Assembly (NCBI RefSeq): GCF_009914755.1
Contig: NC_060926.1
Length of the DNA stretch: 64,000 bases
Strand: one strand, 5' to 3'
Source of the DNA: the human T2T-CHM13v2.0 reference genome, Homo sapiens
In this document: piece by piece, positions 1 to 11,948 of the stretch
Layout of the letters: every line of letters starts with the position of its first letter
How positions within the stretch are numbered: the first letter of the stretch is position 1
Program-made: the position numbers and the translations under genes
Notes under the pieces: model-generated
The model's database searches: none
Told to the model about the DNA's origin: nothing
The model's input: the letters and a program-made list of their open reading frames with translations, nothing else

Positions 1-2116
1 TGGGGCACTGCGGACCCGTGTCATTGCCACCCTGATTCAGACGGGCGGACCTGAACCTTTGGTTGTTTCCCGTGGTGCGGCTCGGGGGTGTTCTGCCACC
101 TTGTCAGGTGGTGGAAATTGGCCCTTTCTCCTGCATCCCTAAGCGTCAGACCTCAGCCGTTCCCACCCAAGAGAGGCGGCCCACACCTGGGCTGTGGCTG
201 GAGCATCTTCACGGCACCAGGAGTTCACTCTTCTTCGTGCCAAGGAATTGGTTAATTCTTCTAGGATCTAGCATTTTTAATTATCTAACTCTAATGAGGG
301 GTTTACGTAGAGGGCTTCGGGGATTTTCAGTATGGCTCTCTATTTGACTGAGTTTGAAGGATTCCTGAAAGGAAATCCCAAGCTCCTACTGTGGTTTTGT
401 CACTCTTCCTAGCAGGTTTAGGATGCAGTCCTACATGGCTAGAGATGTTAGAGAAGGTCTCAGTAATATCCCTGTGAACCCCACAGAGCCGCCTTGGTGA
501 TTCTGGGACCCCCTGGAGGTGACACATTCCTGAGACACCCCAGGGTACACAGCAATAGCATAATTAAGCCCCATGCTAATGAAGTCTTTTCCCCAGACCT
601 TGGATCAGAATATCACTTGTTAATATTATCTGAAGTTAATGTTGATGTATTTTTGGATTTTCAAAGAGGTACATTTTCAAATGAAAAATCTAAATTGGGA
701 AAATGAAGAAAGTAAAACAGAATAATGTAATTGTAATTAGGGTCTACTATTAAGCATTTGAAATACATGAGATGAAAATTAGCCATTTTAGAAGTTAAAA
801 ATATTGCCAGGGTGATGGCTTTTTTTGTTTTGTTTTTGTTTTTGTTTTTTTTTCCCTATTGATTCCTTTGGTCTTTATTTCATTCAGAAAACAATTGCCT
901 CTCACCTCCTCTATCCAGCCTGCGTCAGGTACTGCTGTGTGAGTCTATAAATGCTGTTACCTCCTCTGTGCAGCCCACGTCAGGTACTGCTGTGTGTTGC
1001 TATAAATGCTGTTAACTCTGCATTCACATTGTAGACGTGGCCCTGACTGCAGGGAGCCAAGAGAGAAGTGGCTTCATGTCATGGGCAGCGAAACAGGGGC
1101 TGTGTGAGAGGAGTGGGAATGTGAGCTTGCCCCGGCCCAGGCCATCTGCCTGACTGTGCAGTTCATGGCTTGGGGCCGCTCTGCTCGGGGCTTCTTTCTG
1201 TAAGTTTTTCATTTTGTGTAGGTGACTTTTTCCAGTGCTGTTGCCTAGAGTGGGTACCGTTTTCTGATGAGCCCACACAGAAAGAATGCATTTCCTCTCA
1301 CTGGAGGCTCACGACCTGCCTTGTGTCTGATGACCCACACAGAAAGAATGCATTTCCACCCACTGTGGAGGCTCACAACCTGCCTTGTGTGGGTCAGGAT
1401 TTTTCATGGACGTCACTAGATCAGTGTGCTGAATGCCCATCGAGACAAAAATACTAATTTTGAGTCAGTGTGATGCCAGAAATGTTTTTATCAAGTAGCA
1501 GGTACAACTATTTATCAGTTTTAATATGAAAATGTTAGTCATTCATAGAGATCAAACCATGTTGCAGAAATTCAGATTTGGAAGAAACCCGGAACAGTAA
1601 TTGATCTTATCCATTCTCCTAGGGTTATCATGAAGGATTTAACAGTGTGAACATTTCCATTTTCTAAGGTGACCGTGCCTTTATTTTGATGGCTCTGAAT
1701 TGTATTTTCCATTCAGTTGCAGCACCAGCCCTCCCTTGATGTGCAGAATGAGCAGGTGTCTTTAGGAGTGAGGCTGGGGCACGACTGAATGCAAATTAGC
1801 CCTTGCCCAGACAGAAGACAGTCTCATCTCACCAGCGGTATTTCCTGGAGGGTCTGATCTGTCCTGGACATGCGGTGGGTCGCGGGGACTGCAGCTTCAT
1901 CTCTCAGACGGCTCCTTGTCCCCACTGTTTCAGAGTGGACACAGGGAGAAGGGGTGAGGCAGCTGGGACCCAGGCGGCTCCTCTGGCTCCCATCTTGGTG
2001 GGAAGCTGGTCCACACCACCAAGAGCACGGGGAGGACTCCCTGCGGATGGGCTCCAGCTTCATTCTGAAGGAAGGAGTTGAATAAGTTAAAGGAAAGTGG
2101 ATGAGAGGGAGAGTGC

Positions 2117-2975
2117 ATGGGGGAGGGAGGGAGAGGCCGCGCTGTGCTGTGGGGAGGGAGGGAGGGAGAGCGCTGCGCTGTGCTGTGGGGAGGGAGGGAG
2201 AGGGCGGCGCCCCGCTGTGGGGAGGGAGGGAGGGAGAGCGGAGCGCCACGCTGTGGGGAGGGAGGGAGAGGGCGGCGCCCCGCTGTGGGGAGGGAGGGAG
2301 AGGGCGGCGCCCCGCTGTGGGGAGGGAGGGAGAGGGCGGCGCCCCGCTGTGGGGAGGGAGGGAGAGGGCGGCGCCCCGCTGTGGGGAGGGAGGGAGAGGG
2401 CGGCGCCCCGCTGTGGGGAGGGAGGGAGGGAGAGGGCGGCACCCCGCTGTGGGGAGGGAGGGAGAGCGTCGCGCTGTGCTGTGGGGAGGGAGGGAGAGCG
2501 CAGCGCTGTGCTGTGGGGAGGGAGGGAGAGCGCTGCGCCGTGCTGTGGGGAGGGAGGGAGAGCGCTGCGCCGTGCTGTGGGGAGGGAGGGAGAGGGCGGC
2601 GCCCCGCTGTGGGGAGGGAGGGAGAGGGCGGCGCCCCGCTGTGGGGAGGGAGGGAGAGGGCGGCGCCCCGCTGTGGGGAGGGAGGGAGAGGGCGGCGCCC
2701 CGCTGTGGGGAGGGAGGGAGAGGGCGGCGCCCCGCTGTGGGGAGGGAGGGAGGGAGAGGGCGGCGCCCCGCTGTGGGGAGGGAGGGAGAGGGCGGCGCCC
2801 CGCTGTGGGGAGGGAGGGAGAGCGTCGCGCTGTGCTGTGGGGAGGGAGGGAGAGCGCAGCGCTGTGCTGTGGGGAGGGAGGGAGGGAGAGAGCGGGGCCA
2901 CGTTGTGGGGAGGGAGGGAGAGCGCGGGGCCACCCCGCGGGGAGGGAGGAGAGGGCGGCGCAGCGCTGTGCTGCG
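2117..2975 (+). repeat. GC-rich minisatellite (VNTR), 32-bp unit CGCTGTGGGGAGGGAGGGAGAGGGCGGCGCCC (some 36-bp units), about 26 copies
   Basis: Period of 32 read directly (GTGGGGAGGG at 2253, 2285, 2317, 2349, 2381, 2413...). 24 exact GTGGGGAGGGAGG cores between 2149 and 2917. Several variant unit types. Confidence 0.97.
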
Positions 2976-3274
2976 GGGAACGATGCATGCCGCTTCCTCC
3001 AGGACCTGTGAGTGCAGGGTTGGACGGGGCTTTCTGAGCTTGGGAGCTGGGGCCAGGCCTGTCCTGCAAGCAGCTGGCCTATTTCTGCTAGAAGCTGTGA
3101 ATTACAACTGTAATGTATTTATTCTAAGGACTAACATGGCACTATTCATAAAAGACTGTGTTAATATTTGCACTGTGCTTTCTGTAATTATACCTCATCA
3201 ACTTCATTTTTATCTCTATTCTGGCTGTATTTCATATTCCTGATTCTCTTCTGTATGCCTGAAAGGAGAGTTGG

Positions 3275-3701
3275 TGTATTAGTCAGGGTTCTCCAGAGGG
3301 ACAGAATTAATAGGATAGACACATGCATGTAAAGGGGAGCATATTAAGTAGTAGTAACTCACACGTTCACAAGTGTGAACATAGTCCGTCTGCAAGCTGA
3401 GGAGCAAGGAAGCCAGTTCGAGTCCCAAAGCTGGAGTCCGATGTGCGAGGGCAGGAAGCATCCAGTGCGGGAGAAAGATGCTAAGCCATTCTAGCCTCTT
3501 TATGTTTTTCTGTCTACTTTATATTTTGGCTGCACTGGCCCTGATTAGATGGTGCCCACTGAAATTAAGGGTGGGTCTGTTTTTCCCAGTCCACTGACTC
3601 AAATGTTAGTCTCCTTTGGCAACACCCTCACAGACACACCCAGGATCAGTACTTTGCATCCTTCAGTCCAATCAAGTTGACACTCACTATTAACCATCAC
3701 A
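3275..3701 (-). mobile_element. MLT2A-type solo LTR (HERV-L/ERVL)
   Basis: Reverse complement starts TGTGATGGTTAATAGTGAGTGTCAACTTGATTGGACTGAAGGATGCAAAG and ends ...GAGAACCCTGACTAATACA, matching remembered MLT2A termini; TG...CA ends. Confidence 0.85.
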
Positions 3702-3790
3702 AGTGGCAAAATATAAATGCCTCTAAATGTGCACAGGATCTTTCTATATTTAAACAATTAGTATAAATTTGCATTGTCAAAAAAATCTTC

Positions 3791-4017
<227 letters not shown>

Positions 4018-5649
4018 TTAATATAAATAACTTATATTTGTATCTGCATTCTTTTCTGCTCTTATCTTCCTTGTTCATCAGTTGTTGCTAAGAGATATGA
4101 TTGTGTGTCAAAAATTAGTATTTTTCTACCAACACGTAAATTTAGAGTACAGTTTTTTGAAAAAAAAAGATAATGAATGGAGATGTATGTCTTCTCAATG
4201 AGGGTAGTGTCTCTGTCTTGTCTCTGACCTTTGTGTCCACAGCATGTGGTAAAAGTACAGGCAGAGTAGGCATTGGATTTTTTTTTAAAAAAGCAAACAA
4301 CACACCAGTAGTGTTAAATGAATAAAGGACACTGGAAATTATGTGACATTGTTTCTTTGAAATTCTCCCTGTTTTCATCTTACATAATGTTTGTTTTAGT
4401 GGGTTTATTGGCAGTATTTTAATTTGCTCTGTATTGGATTATGGACAAATAGATTGCTTTCCATATAATTCCACAATACCTGTTACCGCATAGATGCAAA
4501 AATCCTAGTGTCTCCTCAGCTGCTGCTGTCTGCTTTTGTCTGATTAAAGTTTGGTTGAGCAGAAGGTGAACCCTGGTTGCTATTTCCAGTGTCCCCCACA
4601 TTGGGGACCTGCATGGGAGTAGCATCATCCTTGGCTAGAGGGTGGAGTTTTCATCAGAAGTGACCAGCCTGTCTTTGTAGAGGCTCATGGTTCATCTCAA
4701 GCACCATCAAAAACATCTGGTTGTACCTAACTAATGGCACCTGTTTGTGCCACACAAGCCTGTGGCCCCTAATGAAAGTCAGATGAACTGAGCTTCCCTG
4801 TGCCAGAGCCCTCCTTGAAGGCTCTCATTGCTGTCACTGGTCCAGTGCCCTCTCTGAGATGGGCTGCTGCACAACTGTCTCCCCAGGAGGGAGAGCAGGA
4901 TGGCAGCCATGGGACCACCCCTGGGCTCCGTCTTCAAATGTTGCCATTTGTCTTCTAGCTGGGCTCACTTTTGGGCAGCATTTCCTTCCTTGTCCCAGTT
5001 GCTGCTTCAGTAGAAAAACAGGAAAGCAAATACATCTTTCACCTTCGTCTTTGAACTGCATTGCCCACTGTCTTGCAGTGCCCTTTGCTTAGCTTTGCCA
5101 TCTGTGCAGTTTCATTTACGAGACTGAGGAAAGTGTGTTCCTGGCAATGGACTCCTGGCACCTTCTGCCATCTCTTAGAGCTGGAGTGAATATTCTACAA
5201 ACCTGTTTTTAGATTTGATCTTGAGAAGGAATGTAGGAGTTTCCTGGGAAAGCCAAATATCACAGGTCCTTCTCCTCCTGGACTGAGTTTTCAGCTGCAA
5301 AAGGGCAAAAAAAAATAATAATAATAATCAGTCAAGATATCTGTGTAAACATTTGGAAGATGATGAAGCTTCTACAATGTGAAGTTTACTAGAAGGATTC
5401 CACAGGTTTTATAAATACAAGTGTGTTCTGAGATTCTAATGGAAACTTGGAGTCACAATTGGATTTGAACATTTTTTGGAACTTTAATCTTTTGGATACG
5501 TAATTTGTAATCTTTACTATTTCATCTAAATACGTTTTTTTATTTTATAAATTTCTCTTTTGTGGAATTTTGAAGTATAAGGAAAACCTTGACAATGGAA
5601 ATATAAAACTCCCTCAACCCTCATAACTCAGAGGGCATAACATGAATAA

Positions 5650-7285
5650 TCTTAGACAAAAGTTCTTAAAATTTAATCTTTACTTAGAGACCATTTTAAA
5701 AAACAATCTAGAATACATTAAAGCTTAAAGATCCAAAACAAACTGAGACATATCTGAAAAAGTACTGGGAAGGTAGATTTTTCCATTTAATTACTACAAC
5801 ATACCATAAATCTATATAAACTAAGACAGAGTTATATTGGATCAGGGGTACAAAAGTTCAGTAGAATCAAATATAGAGCTCAGAAATAGGAGATATATAA
5901 GAAAAGTGGCATGGCAGATCACTGTGGAAATAAAATATTTTATATAAAGAGATGGAAAGAATGGTTAGCCACATGAAGTAGGATTACATTTTATCCCTAC
6001 CTTACATCATATCAAAAAAATAATACAAACTGGAATGTACTCTTACCTGCAGGCCTTAGTGTAGGAAAGATGTTTAACACCAAGACTAAAAGACTTTAGG
6101 GATAAATGAAAGGTTTGATAAATGTAATTACACTAAAATAAAACATTTAAATTAAAGGAAGTAAAAAGTTACAAACTGAAAATTACACAGAGGAAACCAA
6201 AGGTTCACTTTCAAGAAATGAAATAACGATACCAGTGTGAAGTCAGTTGTTTAATATTGATACCTATCTAATGGATATGTAGGTATTAATACACGTGTGT
6301 ATGTGTGTACTGTGTGTGTGTTTGGAGAGAGAGAGGTGCATAGATACAGAGATAGAAGTGTCCTACCGTGGAGCACTGAGCAGTCCTGGAACCAAAGACA
6401 CCCTCTAGCATGAGAACCCCAGCTCCCGGCTTTGGATTCTAAATGCCCTTCTTCTTCACAAAAGGGAACCAGGGCCCCTGAGGACAGTCTGGCTCCAGCA
6501 TTGTGTTAAGTATAAGGTTCATCTGGAAGAGTGACAGGTGTAAAGGGCAGAAAGGTCAGCCTGAAAGTGTCCCATGGGCCAAGCCTCGAATAATTCAAAT
6601 ATGAACCTAAGAATGATACTAAATTATAACTATTTGAATGAAATAGTGAGTTTATACTGAAATAAGTGAATAAATAAATGGAAAAGAAGAAAAAGCTGTA
6701 CTTGTAGTTAGATGCCAACTAACAAATTGAAAACAAATGCTGAAGTTATAATAAAAGCTATCAATGGATTTAAAACCAGTGGGTGAAGTCAGACCAGGAG
6801 CAGGATATGTTCACAGTCCCAATGGGTCCTCCCCTGAATTATGTATAAATTACAAAGGAAAAAATGGTAACATTAGGGTGGAGAAACTTGCGGGTCCACA
6901 ACTTAACCAAGTGATCAAAATTAACACCACAAATGAGAAGGACAACAGTGATAGAAATGTAAACTTGTGACCCTCACACAATCACACAAACTTCAGCTGA
7001 GGAACATTCCACAAAATAACTGACCCATGTTTCCAAAAAAAAAGAGTCAAGATCAAGAAAGGTAAACAAAGGGTGAAAAGGTAAGAGACATGACAGCATA
7101 GAGCCGCGTGATCCTGGGTTGGACGCTGGAGTGGAAAGAATGACAAAAGGTGAACAGGTTAAAGAGATGTGACAGCACAAAGCCGTGTGATCCTGGGTTG
7201 GACGCTGGGGTGGAAAGAATGATGATAAACATTTTTAAGGCAATTAACAAAAATGGAATATGTGTATTAGATAATAGAAAGGTAT
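5650..7285 (+). mobile_element. Degraded old L1M fragments (ORF2 remnant and L1MC/MD-like 3' UTR)
   Basis: A-rich L1-like sequence (atatagagctcagaaata, ccctaccttacatcata) and 3'UTR-like motifs (gggaaccagggcc, gatcctgggttggac). Boundaries approximate. Confidence 0.5.
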
Positions 7286-7748
7286 TGTGAGATCATGATC
7301 AATGGGGTCACATTTCTGCACAACTTGTGTGCAGAAGTGCTGATTGCCTTTGTTCCAGACAACCTTTTCAAGGATGTTTGTGCAGCAAACAGCTTTCCGA
7401 GGTTGAGGAAGTGTTTTGCCTCTGATAAAAGGGCAGGCATGCTTATTGAACGTTGTTAAAGTTTCAAAGTTTCCTACGTTCAGAGTTTCTCTTCTGTAAT
7501 GCAACCCACCAGGTATACAGCTGTCAATCATCTGGCCCTCTTGGTGCTTCATGGGATAGCAGGCTCAAGAAATCATAAAGGAAATTGTGGGTGCTCTGTG
7601 TCCTGCTCGTCTCTGAGTAACGAAGTCCTTTAGTCCTTTGTCTCCAAGCCAGGCATCTCATGTCTTCTGCCAGCATCCATGCGCTGTTGCTGGATAACGT
7701 GTTAGCTTGAACTTAGGTAAAATCTTAAAACCCTCACAGTTCTTGTCA
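7286..7748 (+). mobile_element. Solo ERV LTR (ERVL class, LTR47-like, family tentative) inserted in old L1
   Basis: TG...CA termini; near-perfect 5-bp TSD ggtat (7281-7285) / ggtgt (7749-7753); 3' end ttagcttgaacttaggtaaaatcttaaaaccctcacagttcttgtca resembles an LTR end. Confidence 0.6.
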
Positions 7749-9499
7749 GGTGTCAATGATCAGGTTTCTGAACTTCGTCTTTGGAATGGAGCAATATAAA
7801 AATATTCCATTATTCTTGGATATTACTTGGTAGTATTTAAGAGCAGAGATAAATAAAACAATTACTAAAGAAAAAATGAATATATACTATAAATCTATAA
7901 CAAAGAAATATGTATCACAATAAAAATGCAAATTATACATCAGAAAAATGGAATTAGACATAAGAGGCCTTTCACAGAAGTAATATGTTAATAACAAACA
8001 TGAGTGTAATAGAGGAGAGAAACACAAATGCTACAATGAAGGATTTTCACACCATTTGACTGAAAATAAAAAGCTTAATTAGAGGGAGTGTGCACTCACT
8101 GGAATTATATAAGTTGCTGGTAGGAATATAAATGGCTCTACAGTAACTCTGATGGCCACGTTTGTCATTGTCTCCTAAATTTGAACATGATCAAGCCCAC
8201 TCTCAGCCGTGCACCAAGGATATACTTTTGTTGTTGTCTAGATGGAGACATAGAAATAAAAGCACGAAATGATAAAAGATAGGGTTCAGAATCCTGGCAA
8301 CCTTGGGTGGATGGGAGCAGAGGAATGAAGTGGGGGCTATATTATTAGAATTAGATTTTTTCTCATGGTTTTGGGTATGACAATGATAAAGAAATGTCAT
8401 CAAATAACTGACTAAATAAAAACAAGCTATGCATGGATCAATGATCAGAAAGTGGGAAAAATGAAGTGGGGTTAATCCAGTAGAAAAAAGAAAAATAAGA
8501 GATGTAATATTGTATCTCCAAAGTGTAACAGAATTAACAGTCATTCTTCAAATAAGAAAATGTATTGGGCACCAACTCTACCTTATGACTCTTCTGTGGT
8601 ACATAAAATGTTGAGTTAAGCATGATTTTAAGTTGATTTTTGCATGTACAAATTTTCCCTTGATTTTTGTGAGTTATAGAGTACTTCCCCTTAAAAGGAA
8701 ATGTGACCACATTAAGCTTGAAAATTAGACTTAATAAATGTCAACCTACACTTCATGGTGTATTCGTAAGTGATGTATTATATAAAATGGAAAAAATATG
8801 TGTGTGTGCATACACACTCACAAACCCATATATATACATATACACACATATACATACATACACACACAGCTTGGTTACAATGCATATTTTTGTTTCTTTG
8901 CTTAGTAAAAGATCTACCACATTGTACATAACAAATAGACATTTCTACTGTTCGTTGATATGAAATAACTGTAAAAAACTTAATTGTCCTTACACTTTGT
9001 GTTTAGATGTGGCAAGTAGCAAGAGACTGTAGTAACCACTGTAAACCATGACTACACATAGATAAACTCTCAGATCATAGTTCTTTAAAATCTATGCAAG
9101 AGCTTTCTAAAAAAGAAGCATACTTTTTTTTAAAATTCGTAAAGTATAAACCCTTCCTAGAGGAGCAGATATCCACCGGTGATGCTGCCGGGCTCCTCAC
9201 AGATGAGCTAAGGAGAAACCAACTGGACCTTACACAAAACTGTGAAAAGCAGCATTTAGCTGAGTGGGGTGCACAGACTTCCCAGGAGTTGCAACCAAGG
9301 AGCATTTGCCCACCAGCCCTTCAAAGAAGCAGGAGGCATTTGCAGAAGCCTGGGAGTGGGGCAGCAGGGCCGAGAGAAGAGTTCCCTCTCAGGCACAGCT
9401 GGCTCTCTCCAAAAGCACCAGGAAGGAAAGCTTTCAGCAGGATGGTAAAATGCGGTGTAAGAATAGGAAACCCAGGGATGACCCTGATGTCAGAGTGCT

Positions 9500-10980
9500 C
9501 CTGAAGAGACTGGAAAATAACTATGACCCACATGTGTGATTTCACAAACAGAAAGTACAAACAATTCAAGCAGAAAGGTTATTAATGAAAAACATGTCAG
9601 AAATAAATAATTATGTCATTGGGCTTAACTGAAGAGTGGACACAACAAAATACTGAAATTGAAGATAGATCAATCACATAATTCAACAGAAACACATGGG
9701 GGAAAAGACATTGAATCAAAGGTGCATTAAATAAAGAAAAAACTTTCACATTTATGGATAATAGCAGAGTCCGACTTAAGTAGATTCCCAGAAGAATGGA
9801 ACAGAAGGGATATTTGAACATACAATGGCCACGAATTTATGAAATCAGTGAGAGTTATCAGTACATGTCCTGAAAAGTTCACTGGACCCCAAATAGCATA
9901 AAATTAAAACAAAATCATTTTTGAAAGCATATAATAATCAAACTGCTGAAAGTGAGAGTAAATAGAAAAATCTTAAAAACAGAAGATTAAAAAGATAAAA
10001 TACTTACGTAGAAATAATTTAAAAAGACAGCCAACTTAGAAACAACAGGGGCGAGAAGAAAATAGAACCATATCTTCACAGTGCTAAAAGAAAAAAATAA
10101 TGAACCTAGAATTCTGTATCTGTGAAAGTATTCTTCAACAATGAACGTGTATTAGAGATCCATTCAAACAGAAGTAAAATAAAAAGATTAAACCCTTAAA
10201 CAGCCTTGCACTGTAAAAAATGTTAAAAGATGTACTTCAGACTGAAAGGAAATGAAAGCAGATAGAAATGTGAACTGCAGGGTGAAATATGAAGTGCCTG
10301 AAATTAAATATAAAAAGCACATATCCACATATGTAATTTATGTATGTTTTAATGCATTGATATATAATTATATATATGTATATATACTGAAATATAATTT
10401 TAAGTTTATATATATAAAAATAAAGTACTACATTTGGGGGCTTATAGCTATGAAAATCATGACAGCGTGACTATAGAGGATGGGAGGAGTTACTAAAATT
10501 AAATTATTTGAAGATTCTTACATCGTTCATGAAGTGATACTATATTTGATGGTAGTTGGTGATAGGAAAAGCTTTTATTCTCAGCTAGAGAAACTGTTAG
10601 GAAATTTTAAGAATCTACATGTTTTAGAAAAAACATTAAAAGTGATGCAATGGGATACTAAGAAATATTTGATTCATTCAAAGAAGACAGAAAAGAAGAA
10701 CAAAGAATACAGTATCCAAACAGAACACACACGGCAAACATGGTGAAATCAAATGAAACCAGATCAAAACTTACCTCACAGGTTAAAGGAACAAGGACTT
10801 CAGTTAAAAAGTGGGGATCAATGACAAGACCCAACTTTATGCTGTTTGCAAGAAACACATTTAACAAAAAGAATGAAAGGGTTTGGGGAAGATACTCTGT
10901 GTCAATACTAAGCATCAACAACATTGTGGAGCAATTTCATATCAGACGCGGTGGATTGTGGGAAGGAGATTTTATGAGAA
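9500..10980 (+). mobile_element. Old L1M fragment: ORF1 3' part and start of ORF2 endonuclease, disrupted
   Basis: gaacctagaattctgtatc resembles ORF1 'PRILYP'; gacccaactttatgctgtttgcaagaaacacat reads DPTLCCLQETH, the L1 endonuclease motif. Confidence 0.65.
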
Positions 10981-11247
10981 AAGTGTGAAAATAGCCAGCT
11001 TATTTTCACTCTGTCCGTTGGTTACACGTCAGCTGGAGCTGTGTAGCTGGAGCCACACAGCCATGTGGGATGTGGGGGTGTCAGTCCAGTATGAGCTTGA
11101 GAAACAGGGAGTCTTCATGGAGATCTGAGGCCCCTGCCCACTGACTTACCAGGCACTGTGCTCTGTGGCCACCTGCTTTTCCGGGATGCCTGTATTCAGA
11201 CCCTTCACCACAAGGCATCTGACATAGTGACTGCCCTCTGTTCTAGG

Positions 11248-11366
11248 TGGGTGACCATATAGTTAATTGTCTAAACCATAAATAGTCACAGGGAACATAT
11301 TCATGATTACATTGAGATGAGAGGCATAATTGGAATCGCCCCTGGCAACTGAGAGGTGACATCCCC
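11248..11366. mobile_element. MER94-like hAT-Blackjack MITE remnant
   Basis: Starts GGGTGACCATATAGTTAATTGTCTAAACC; degenerate matching end about 120 bp later. Confidence 0.4.
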
Positions 11367-11948
11367 CAAACCTACCCCAGCACACCCTCTGAGAGTGTTT
11401 TGGATGAGGTCAAACGAGTAAATTTCTTAACTATTATCAACTGGATGTTTGCTTACTGCTTATTTTATGAAGCACGCATTGTATTATGAGATGATGTTTG
11501 TTATATATGTTTACAGTTTAAATATTCAAATTATTTTCAAAGGAGGCATTTTTGTTTTTGTTAAAAAATTGTATTTAGCAATACGTTGCAAATCATGAAC
11601 TTTCTTCCTAATACCATCTGTTTTATGATACTCTGCTCAGCTTTATATATTTGAAATTTGCAGTTATTTTTTGTATGTCGTTTAGCTAAATGGCCATATT
11701 AAATAGATATTCTGGAAAGAGTCTTGTGTTGTAGGATTGGTGGCTTTGAATTCCATGTAGATTTTGGCCTCTGCAGAGCCTCTAACAAGATGTTTGGATT
11801 TTGGTGAGAAACTCACCTTCGTTTGGCTTTGGTGGTTTTTGTTGCCAAATGAAGATAACTTACAGGTTACAAAAATAATCACACAAGATTATCTAAAATG
11901 CTTTATATAGCAGTCACTTAGGAAACTGTAGCAATAATGATTTCATTA

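Noticed and set aside
1-570. Possible ERV-internal or pseudogene fragment at the window start
   Set aside because: I could not match it to any family or protein with confidence; it needs a Dfam/BLAST search.
1824-3243. Five overlapping 300-380 aa ORFs on both strands as stand-alone genes
   Set aside because: They result from a stop-free GC-rich repeat unit. Only the 2117 frame is kept, as a speculative spliced exon.
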